DNA of 32,000 bases, from positions 2,040,001 through 2,072,000 of the forward strand of contig NC_000964.3 of the NCBI RefSeq assembly GCF_000009045.1. Direction: 5' to 3'. Shown here one piece after another: positions 20,009 through 28,400 of this stretch; positions within the stretch are counted from its first letter, which is position 1; each line of letters begins with the position of its first letter. A program made the position numbers and the translations under genes. The notes below the pieces were generated by a model. It was not told the DNA's origin. It ran no database searches and saw only the letters and a program-made list of their open reading frames with translations. This DNA is from Bacillus subtilis subsp. subtilis str. 168. Its GTDB lineage: Bacteria > Bacillota > Bacilli > Bacillales > Bacillaceae.

Positions 20009-20233
20009 ATGAATTTTCTTCTTGATCTTTTTACAAATTGGACTTTTGATAAAGTCCTGGATTATACACTAGCTGCTGTAATTTGGTCTGTATTTAAATC
20101 CAGATCAAAGCAGAATAAGTATCCAGGCTATTTCGAGAAAATACGCCGCTATAGAAATTTACATCCCCTTCTGCGATCGTTATCGATGCGTGTACTTTTA
20201 TCGATAACGATCCATCCTTATATGTTTAGTTAA
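20009..20233 (+). CDS. Small hypothetical protein (74 aa)
   Basis: Strong RBS GGAGGTGA 6 nt before the ATG. MNFLLDLFTNWTFDKVLDYTLAAVIWSVFKSR... has one hydrophobic segment. The 3' third runs through a perfect 13-bp inverted repeat (20173-20212), so the C-terminus may not be native. Confidence 0.4.
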   Translation: MNFLLDLFTNWTFDKVLDYTLAAVIWSVFKSRSKQNKYPGYFEKIRRYRNLHPLLRSLSMRVLLSITIHPYMFS

Positions 20234-20236
20234 AAA

Positions 20237-20692
20237 CTATCTTTTATTTAGACTTAATGGGATAAAATCTTCATTGTAAAACTCTTCCCACTCAGCAATT
20301 AAGTTTCTATAATAGTTTTGGTTAGAGTCGGTTGGCATAGATTCAATATTGTCAAAACCATTAATACCGACATCTAATTCTACTGTCACTAATCCTTGGT
20401 AAAACTTCTTATAATTCTTTTTAATTACTTTGAAAAATTCAACATCAAAGAAGTCTTCATATTCAGTTGCTCCACTCCAAGAATCATAAGAGGACTTAAC
20501 ACGATAATTAAAAAGAACCAAAACTAACTCATCTTTCACATCTTTTGATATTTGCTCCATTAATTGATTTAGTCCTTCACTGGCATTAAAATCTACAATG
20601 CTTAATCGGAAGTCAATCCAAGTAACAGCTTCATCTTTTAACCTTCCTTCTCCGTCTTCATTCACTTCAATTAATACATATCTGTCAGCCAT
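20237..20692 (-). CDS. yozJ: Hypothetical acidic protein (151 aa)
   Basis: AGGAGGG RBS. No motif I can name. Confidence 0.7.
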   Translation of the reverse strand: MADRYVLIEVNEDGEGRLKDEAVTWIDFRLSIVDFNASEGLNQLMEQISKDVKDELVLVLFNYRVKSSYDSWSGATEYEDFFDVEFFKVIKKNYKKFYQGLVTVELDVGINGFDNIESMPTDSNQNYYRNLIAEWEEFYNEDFIPLSLNKR

Positions 20693-20816
20693 AATTCCCT
20701 CCTAATTTATTTGTTTAAAATCACGATTTTAACTATTTATGATCCATTAGTCACTTCCAAAGCAACTTCCATTTAACTCATAATTAATATATAAAATGTA
20801 AATGGAGTTGATATAT

Positions 20817-21077
20817 TTGAACCTTCGAAAAATTTTATTGAGTTCTGCTTTATCATTAGGTATGCTGGTATCTGCTGCTCCTGTCTTGGCAACAAGTTCT
20901 TCGTCTGAAGTGATAGTAAAAAGTGATGAATATGATTATGACACCATATATCAGCTTAGCCCCCTACCAAACTTCAAGCCTTCTATTGAATACAATGGAT
21001 ATACTTATACTCTCACACGTTATTATTTCGATTACTCAATTCAGTTTTATACGGCTATTTATACAAAAGTTGTTTAA
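20817..21077 (+). CDS. Small secreted Tyr-rich protein, paralog of yobB (86 aa precursor, ~61 aa mature)
   Basis: Track ORF starts at 20802. The TTG at 20817 is homologous to the yobB start. (M)NLRKILLSSALSLGMLVSAAPVLA/TSSSSEV...IEYNGYTYTLTRYYFDYSIQFYTAIYTKVV, with 11 Tyr in 61 residues. Confidence 0.75.
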   Translation: MNLRKILLSSALSLGMLVSAAPVLATSSSSEVIVKSDEYDYDTIYQLSPLPNFKPSIEYNGYTYTLTRYYFDYSIQFYTAIYTKVV

Positions 21078-21083
21078 ACTTAT

Positions 21084-21108
21084 AGGGAGCTTTTTTAGCT
21101 CCTTTTTC
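21084..21108 (+). terminator. Rho-independent terminator of the yobB paralog
   Basis: gggagct/agctcc stem followed by tttttc. Confidence 0.7.
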
Positions 21109-21827
21109 ACCTTTTTAAGCAAGATATTTCTTTCTATGCGGTCTTTTATGTATGAAATCAAATGCTTTCCCTAATTCCTTCTCTTCTGTTACCGCTGAGT
21201 CCATATCTTATATTGCATCTAAGGTTTAGTCAGTCGAGATCATTGAATATATAGTACTTTACTCAGAACATTTTGCTTATTAAGGACATAATAAGTGTTC
21301 GTATTAATTTTTCCTGTTACGATAACGATCAAAAACAAAATAATTTATCTCATTTTAAGACAGAAGTTATTCTGCTTTTTCAAAAAAATATTCTTGATTT
21401 TCCCTTTTTTAGATGCATCCATAAAGCATTCGATCATAACCATTATATGTAACTGAAATGCAGGTATAAGAGTTATTATATAGGGATTACACTACCATTA
21501 TCTGGGGGTGTATTAACATCCAAATACTCAAAAGCAAGAACAAATGTACCCATAGCACTTCCATTTCCACACCCTATCCAAATTTTCATTTTCCTAATTC
21601 CACATCAAAATCACCCTTTTTCACATCGTAATCACTATCGTAAAAGCCTATAGTATCAACGTTTTTCCTTCTTAAAATTTTCTTTTTTTATAAATATCTT
21701 CCCAAAACAACCACTTTCCCCTACTCCCGCTTATGTTTTACGATCGTTTACCCCCTATTTACTAATTAAAGTATCAAAAATTCTTATGTTTACTGTCTTT
21801 TTAGCTCATTATAAATTTTTACGATAA

Positions 21828-21995
21828 GCAATTGCCTTTGCTTTTGGATATGACTTGACTGTATTTGGTGACGATTTAACAGAGAAATTTAATGCTCTTC
21901 TGACTTTTTTAACTGCATTGGGCATTATTGTTGATCCAACAACTCAAGGTATTTCTGATAGTGAACAAGCAATGGATTATGATTCACCGAGATAA
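21828..21995 (+). pseudogene. C-terminal ~55 codons of a phage holin (phi LC3-type)
   Basis: AIAFAFGYDLTVFGDDLTEKFNALLTFLTALGIIVDPTTQGISDSEQAMDYDSPR*. The LGI(I/V)VDPTT.G.SDS..A..Y..P tail is the signature C-terminus of that holin family as I remember it. An in-frame TAA at 21825-21827 separates it from MFTVFLAHYKFLR (from 21786). Confidence 0.55.
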
Positions 21996-22000
21996 ACCCC

Positions 22001-22036
22001 ATACCCTTCTCTTGATTGAGGAGGGTATTTTTTTCG
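22001..22036 (+). terminator. Rho-independent terminator after the holin stub
   Basis: atacccttctc/gaggagggtat stem with one mismatch, then T7. Confidence 0.7.
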
Positions 22037-22149
22037 TTTTTTCAAATGAAAAAATTGCAGAAAACTTTACATCCTTTTACAATTTTTTCAATGACTATGT
22101 TATGATTGTTTTCGAGAGATTTTTGAAATTTTCAGAAAGAGGGGTTTAA

Positions 22150-23265
22150 ATGAGTAAGATCGCTTCTGAAGTTGTCGCTACTACACTGAATGACTGGTAC
22201 ATTGCTATAAAAAAACAAAAGGTTGATGAATCAATAAAATATTATTCAGAGATAAAGAAACTTTTTGATGAAATGGAAGAAGATCAAGAAGTTCTTGCGT
22301 ATTATAGTCTATTAGAAGAAAGACATAAAATGTTGCTGCATTCTTCACGAGGAGAGCCTTTACAAAAGCACACCTATTTTACTGAAGACAATCAAAACTT
22401 CATAACAAAAACAAATGATAAATTAGAATACAACTTTTATTTATTTGAAGCAATGTACGAGGCATACAACAAAAACTATGATCGAGCAATTAACCTATAT
22501 GGATTAGCTGAGAAAAAGCTTGCAGAAATTCCAGATGAAATTGAAGCAGCTGAATTTTACTCTAAAGTCTCTTACTTATATACTCTTGTTAAACAAAGCA
22601 TTGTGGCACAACATTATATAAAAAATGCAATTTCAATATATAAGCGACACCCTGATTATAAATGCAAACTAGCTACATCAACAATGATTGCAGCTGCAAA
22701 CTATGCTGATATGAAACGATTTGAGGAAGCAGAACAATATTACTTAGAAGCAATTGATATTGCAAAAGAAACAAAAGATGAATTTTTAAAAGCTCAATTA
22801 TTTCACAATCTTAGTATCGTTTATTCTGATTGGAACAAACCTGATAAATGCATTGAATCTCTTGAAAAAGCAATAGGAAATGAATCTTGGTTACATTCGA
22901 TTTATTATATAAATTCTTTATTCATGATGATTAAAGAACTCTTTAAAATTGACGAAAAAATGAAAGCCATTAATTTTTACAATAAAGCACAGGAAAGACT
23001 CATATTAATGGAGAATAAAGTATACGAAGCCAAAATCAGCATCCTGTATAACCTTTATTGTGGGGAATTAAAAAATAATTTCAATAATTGTATTAGTAAT
23101 ATTGAGTTTTTAAAACAGCAAAATGAACTTGAAAGTGTAGATGAATTGTCCTACATAGCTGCAAAAAGGTTTGAATCAATAGGTGCTTTTGAAGAAGCAA
23201 CGAGCTTTTTCAATGCGAAAATTTGGGCTGAACAGAAAATGAATCAGGTGGAGGGAATCTTATGA
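22150..23265 (+). CDS. rapK: Rap-family response-regulator aspartate phosphatase / TPR quorum-sensing receptor (371 aa)
   Basis: AGAGGGG RBS. TPR-repeat-like sequence along its whole length. The stop overlaps the start of a phr gene (ATGA). Confidence 0.9.
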   Translation: MSKIASEVVATTLNDWYIAIKKQKVDESIKYYSEIKKLFDEMEEDQEVLAYYSLLEERHKMLLHSSRGEPLQKHTYFTEDNQNFITKTNDKLEYNFYLFEAMYEAYNKNYDRAINLYGLAEKKLAEIPDEIEAAEFYSKVSYLYTLVKQSIVAQHYIKNAISIYKRHPDYKCKLATSTMIAAANYADMKRFEEAEQYYLEAIDIAKETKDEFLKAQLFHNLSIVYSDWNKPDKCIESLEKAIGNESWLHSIYYINSLFMMIKELFKIDEKMKAINFYNKAQERLILMENKVYEAKISILYNLYCGELKNNFNNCISNIEFLKQQNELESVDELSYIAAKRFESIGAFEEATSFFNAKIWAEQKMNQVEGIL

Positions 23266-23384
23266 AAAAACTTGTGCTTTGCGTATCTATTTTAGCTGTG
23301 ATTTTAAGTGGAGTAGCTTTAACGCAATTGAGTACAGATTCACCATCTAACATCCAGGTAGCTGAAAGGCCAGTCGGAGGTTAA
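23262..23384 (+). CDS. phrK: Phr signalling peptide precursor (40 aa); mature pentapeptide ERPVG
   Basis: Not in the ORF track because it is under 60 aa. ATG overlaps the rapK TGA. MKKLVLCVSILAVILSGVALTQLSTDSPSNIQVAERPVGG* is a signal peptide plus a C-terminal ERPVG. Confidence 0.9.
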   Translation: MKKLVLCVSILAVILSGVALTQLSTDSPSNIQVAERPVGG

Positions 23385-23405
23385 AAAAGGTTGATTAATT
23401 AATTT

Positions 23406-23440
23406 AGCCCTACTCAAACATTTGAGTGGGCTTTTATTTT
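23406..23440 (+). terminator. Rho-independent terminator of rapK-phrK
   Basis: agccc(t)actcaaa/tttgagtgggct stem followed by tttatttt. Confidence 0.75.
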
Positions 23441-23509
23441 ATGATTTATGTCCACCGGTCAGCCCTGCTCTGTGGAGCGCAGTACCTGCAAACGTAACTG
23501 AGATACTTC

Positions 23510-24547
23510 TCACTGTTTTTTGCCCGAGTAAAACTTATTAAAGAACATCAAGCAACACTTATAAATATCCATCGTGATATTTGTGGGAAAATCAATTGTT
23601 TTGGATCGATGAAAACCACCGCCAAGCTCATCTTTACTGTATCCAATTCCTAGACTTATTGTTCGACCAACTTTATTATATGTACGTGCCCTTCTTGCGA
23701 CTTCCTCACAAATCTCCAAGAGCACAGCTTTAATCTCTTCTCTCTTTGTATAATCCCTAAACAAAATCTGACTCTTACCAAAACTAATCTGCCCCTGCAT
23801 CAATGGAGCTCCTATTTCAGATAAATCAATTCCGTGAGCATGATAGTACAACTGGTTTCCCATTATTCCGAACTTCTTTTCAAGCAGCTCTAAAGGAAAT
23901 TTAGCTAACTGACCTACAGTTGATATACCCATTCGATTCAGATTTCTTTCCATCCTCCCTCCTATCCCCCACATTTTAGACAAAGGTCGAACTTTCCAGA
24001 GTCTATTTGGCACATCTTCATATCTCCAACGTGCAATACCACTCTTTGTTTTCTTACTCTCCAGGTCAAGTGCAAGCTTACTAAGCAACATATTGTCACC
24101 AATTCCAACTGTGCACATCAAACCAAATTCTCTCCACATGCTGCTTTGGATTGCTTTGGCCATTTCTTCAGGATTCTCTTTTCCTGCATCTAAAAAAGAT
24201 TAATCAATTGAATACGTGTGGACACATTTTTCAGGAACAAATCTGTAAAACAGCTTTGTAATCTCAGTTGAAACTCTGATGAAAAGCTTCATTTGTGGAT
24301 TTACAATGTATATTCTTGGATCTTCAGGTATCTCAAATAGTCTCGATCCTGTTTTGATTCCAAAATCTTTTTTAAGTGCAGGAGATGCAGCTAACACTAC
24401 ACTTCCCTGTCTATCCGTATTCCCTACAACGGCAAGATAACATGTTAAAGGATTAAGCCCCATTGCTACAGCCGATACAGAAGCATAAAAGGATTTCATA
24501 TCGACACAGAGTATATTCTCACGTGGAAATTGTGAGTAATCAGTCAT
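23510..24547 (-). pseudogene. yozK/yobH: Y-family (UmuC/UvrX/PolY2-like) translesion DNA polymerase, split into two ORFs by an in-frame TAA and truncated at the 3' end
   Basis: The 24200-24547 product has CVDMKSFYASVS (motif I) and ends ...VHTYSID*. The same frame continues SFLDAGKENPEEMAKAIQ... into ORF 23510-24163. The TAA at 24200-24202 therefore occupies the Glu of the conserved SIDE.FLD motif. Total length is ~345 codons against ~415 for intact relatives. Confidence 0.85.
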
Positions 24548-24833
24548 TGTATATAACTCTTATGATGTTATTCATGTTGATATAAACTGTATTGTCGTTC
24601 TGGTCTTTTACGTGAAGCTTTTGTTGTTCAAAATTAATGTAATGTACTCTGCCGGTAACATTTTCAACAAATCCCTTGTTAAAGAGTTTGAATTTCAACT
24701 CTTTATTAAATTCCAATGCCTCAGAAACGAGAATATCCATCTCATCAATTTGTTTGTCATCTAAAGATGGCTTTTCAACTTTTGATCCATCAATCAAATC
24801 TTGTTTAAGCTGTATTAATTGTTCTAGCATCAT
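24540..24833 (-). CDS. yozL: YolD-like protein (97 aa as an ORF); probably lacks its ancestral N-terminus through a frameshift
   Basis: Overlaps the polymerase start (ATGACTGA), as in yolD-uvrX and yqjX-yqjW. There is no RBS in front of 24833. A good RBS (AAGGAGTGA) serves a 12-codon ORF, MFRDRGTINGHQ* (24830-24868), in another frame. Confidence 0.65.
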   Translation of the reverse strand: MMLEQLIQLKQDLIDGSKVEKPSLDDKQIDEMDILVSEALEFNKELKFKLFNKGFVENVTGRVHYINFEQQKLHVKDQNDNTVYINMNNIIRVIYND

Positions 24834-24901
24834 TGATGTCCATTGATAGTTCCTCGATCCCTAAACATATCGACTCACTCCTTGATTGATCTAATATCAA
24901 C

Positions 24902-24915
24902 AGAACAAACGTTCC
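24902..24915. promoter_or_regulatory. LexA (DinR) SOS box 1
   Basis: AGAACAAACGTTCC fits the Cheo box GAAC-N4-GTTC and the consensus CGAACRNRYGTTYC at 13 of 14 positions. Confidence 0.7.
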
Positions 24916-24931
24916 TTATTCAATATAGATC

Positions 24932-24945
24932 AGAACAAAAGTTCG
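24932..24945. promoter_or_regulatory. LexA (DinR) SOS box 2
   Basis: AGAACAAAAGTTCG (- strand CGAACTTTTGTTCT) is GAAC-N4-GTTC. It overlaps a - strand TTTACA-17-TCTATA promoter-like element. Confidence 0.65.
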
Positions 24946-25041
24946 ATGTAAATGTTGGTAATAAAATATAAAGGTCAATAATGATATCCGTAGTATTAAT
25001 AAAGGAGAGATTCTTTTCGACGAGGGAGAGTGTGATGGTGA

Positions 25042-25377
25042 ATGAAGAAGAGGTTAATTGGATTTTTGGTCTTAGTTCCTGCTTTGATTATGTGGGGTAT
25101 AACTTTAATCGAATCAAACAAAAAGACCCCTGTAGAAGTTTTAGAAAGTGCTTGGGATGAATTTGGGTTATTTAGTTTTGAAATTGGAATAACAGATCCG
25201 GCAATTACAATAGGCATGGATCAAACCAAAAGTGAAGCAAAACTCCGTGAATATTTAAAAGATAATCTGTCTAGAGAAGCCAAGGAAAAATATAAGATTT
25301 ATATATTCAAGGATGATACTGATAAGCTGGAGAAAGAGCATCAAGAATATTTGAAAGAAAATAATCTCAATAAGTAA
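25042..25377 (+). CDS. yozM: Membrane-anchored or secreted hypothetical protein (111 aa)
   Basis: GAGGGAGAG upstream. N-terminal hydrophobic segment MKKRLIGFLVLVPALIMWGITLI followed by a charged C-terminal part. Confidence 0.7.
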   Translation: MKKRLIGFLVLVPALIMWGITLIESNKKTPVEVLESAWDEFGLFSFEIGITDPAITIGMDQTKSEAKLREYLKDNLSREAKEKYKIYIFKDDTDKLEKEHQEYLKENNLNK

Positions 25378-25423
25378 AACGCCCAGCAATTAAAACTGGA
25401 CGTTAAAAAACATTAGTTATTCT

Positions 25424-28400
25424 TTATTTTTTTTTAGTATTCACACGTAATCTCTCTCTATCTTCTTTAAAAGAGGATATGTAGTTTTTAGACTCTAATG
25501 CAGTCACCAACGCTTTATTAGTTCTATTATTTGAGATCTTTATTCGTCTGCCTTTTTCAGCAATTTCAGAGTAAGGTTCCCCTATTTTAGTTAAAAATTC
25601 AGTAATTGATTCATTATCAATATGCTTTATTTGTCCAGCTAGCAACGATAACCTAGTATCCAATGTTGTAGGTGATTCAAGCAAAAAGGTTAGTAGTTCA
25701 TTGGTGATTTTCAGGTTATGCTCATTAATAAAATAAATTGTATCTTTAAGAATATCATTATTTCCATCTGTCAAACAGTTAGAATTTAAATGTTGTACAA
25801 ATATTTCTTTGTTAAATTGAGAGAGCTCGTTGCTATCTATGAGTTGCTTTATATCATTGGCATCAAGGGAAAAATCACCTTGTTTATCAATAAACTCGTC
25901 AGGGTTTCTCAAAGCGAGTTGGATATGAAGTGTATCAAAATTTAATTTTAACTCTTTAAAATTTTCCGGTGTTAGAGATAACAAATCATTATCAATCAAT
26001 AATTTTGCTCTTTTTTCACTAACATTTCCGAGCGGAAAGTAAATCCAACTTTGAATACTAGCAATTAACACTTCGAATGTTTCGTCTGTAATATCCCGAC
26101 TATTAATGATTTCTTCTGAGATATCTTCTAAAATCGCTTCGTCAAATTTATCATCAAACGCCTCTATATTATTTTTAGAGAGCTCTTTTCTATTAACAGG
26201 ATTGTTTAAGAAAGCTATTAAGAAATCAGGCATTTTTTTATTGTATTCTACATAAGAAGTAATAACGTTTGACCAGCATGCAACCATTTTATTTTCACGG
26301 ATCACAATTGGCCATAACTCTTTAATCAATTCACCAATATCCGAGATGGCAAAAGTTTTTTTCATGATCATTGCATGCTTTACTCTCTTATCTAAATCCT
26401 CCCGATTTAATAACTCCAGAAAACTTTCCTCTGGTTCCTCAATCTCCTCAGTAAGTAAAACTTTTTCAACAAATATATCAATATTGTCATTTACGTAATT
26501 GATAACAGCCTGCTGATCAGAGTTTTTAACTGCAGCATACGTTATATTGGGAGCATCATTTAAAATAACTGATAAAGTTTTGATATTAATTTCGTATAGA
26601 TTTCGTTGAACAACAAAGTCATATATTGTTTCAGAATTTAGCAAATGATCCAAACTTTTAAATTTAACTTGGAGTTTTAATAGTAGTTCTTTTATTTTCT
26701 CCTCATCAGATACTAAGCTGAGAAGATTTAAGTACTTGGATAATGTGAAAGACATGACCGACTCTTTATTCATTCGGATAATATCAGCTATATCAGCATA
26801 TGTAAGTATATCTGACAAGTATTCCTCTTTTTTCTGTTGTGTATAATTGGATCTAAGTTCAATAAAACTCCAAAAATCATCCCATTTACTAGATATCGAT
26901 TGGATAAAGGCAGCTTTATTTATTGCCCTTTCTTTAAAACCATCTATGAATGTAACAGATTCTTTACTTCCATTTGCAAGTCGCTCAATTATGCTATCAT
27001 AATAATTACGGTATTCAGAATGATCCATTATATAGTTTAAGAGATGAAAATTAAGTACCTCTATTTGCTTAAATTCAGCACCAACTAATTTGCTCATTAT
27101 TTTACCGATATTATCCAGCTCAAAGCTGTAAGGCAATGACTCGTGGTTTTTAATACTAAATACAAATTTAATATCGGAAAGACTTAAACTTTCTGGATAG
27201 AAGTAAGTGATGTAATGGTTATACATTTCATCAATATATCCATGACGTAGCAGGTAAACAAGTAATTTTTTCTCGTAAAGCTTATCAGAAAATACATCCT
27301 TTGAATTCATTTTTGTAATTAATACTTGTAAAGATTGCGCTCTTATTTCTTGCTTTTCTCTCTCTAATTCCAATAGTTCTTTCTTGAATTTTTGGATTTC
27401 ATTTTTCTCTATAGCCTTGATGGCATCTTCTCTTTCAAAGTAGTTCGGTTTCCGACCAAAAACAGTTGCAATTTCTTTAATTGTCGCTGGACCATTTCTA
27501 TTTCTTAAATAACAATAGATAGTATCCGCATTTTTTAACTTCTCAAAAAACCGATCTTTATTAGATGTATTGCCTCTAAATACCTCGCCATCTATATTAA
27601 TATCATAATTAGAATTCAAATTTGATATTTCTAATTCGCTCAAGTATATAAAATTTAATTCAGCAATTGATTTTAAAGACTCAACTTCTATATTCGCTAA
27701 TTTCCTCTCTAATTGTTGTATTTTAGCATTAATTAATTTTATTTGTTCCTCAATTATAAGTTGTTTTTTTTGAAAGATTTCATATACCAACCCTTTGTTA
27801 TATTGTAATTTAGAAAAATCCACAGGATAAATATTTTTGTAGATTATCATTGCTAACATTTTGTTAGGATCAAGATCAATTGCACTTAGTTTTTGTTGGT
27901 ATATAACAAATTCATTAAAAATATTCTTTAATACTCTCATGTCATCAATGTAAATTGTTACATCCTCTAAGAAATGAGTGTTTATCAAATCAGAATATGG
28001 TGAATGTTTTATTTTCTTTTTAAGTATGTCTCCTGAATTAGATGCATTAATAATTGGTATTACTGGGATAATAAAATCAAAAAATTTTGTGCGGTCTCTA
28101 GTTAACTTTTCAGTGTCTGCATCTCCAAAAATATCATCTTTTATCGCATATATAAAAACAACACGTCTATCTATTTGTTCTGAATTATTTATAAGTTCAT
28201 TTAATTCTCTTAATCTTTCAAAAATACCTATATTATTAAAGCGATCTAAGTCCTCAAATATTACAACATTATACTTGGAGGCTTCAAAAAAATATAATAT
28301 TTCATCTAAATATTTATCAAATATAGAAGAGTTTTCTTCCCCTGTATTTTTTTCTAACGTTGTATTAGCAATTGTAACCTTATTCAATTTTAAGTTGGCA

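Larger units (their letters stand above)
20715..21143. repeat. Copy 2 of the ~430-bp dispersed repeat
   Basis: See 10585-11019. Similarity spans the promoter region, CDS, terminator and ~35 nt beyond, then decays. Confidence 0.85.

Noticed and set aside
20173-21331. Recurrence of the 11-mer cgataacgatc (20202-20212 and 21321-21331) and similar acgatcg strings; considered a dispersed repeat or att-like site
   Set aside because: In 32 kb of AT-rich sequence, many 11-mers recur by chance. There is no extended flanking similarity.
20923-22149. Track ORFs 20923-21174 and 21928-22149, and a - strand mini-ORF MKIWIGCGNGSAMGTFVLAFEYLDV… (about 21485-21600) with a Rossmann-like start
   Set aside because: The first is off-frame in the yobB paralog. 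The second spans the holin stub, its terminator and the rapK promoter in a different frame. The mini-ORF is 38 codons, poorly preceded by an RBS and followed by further broken frames, so it is another relic.
24996-25217. Track ORF antisense to yozM
   Set aside because: No RBS. yozM on the + strand has an RBS and a signal or anchor sequence.
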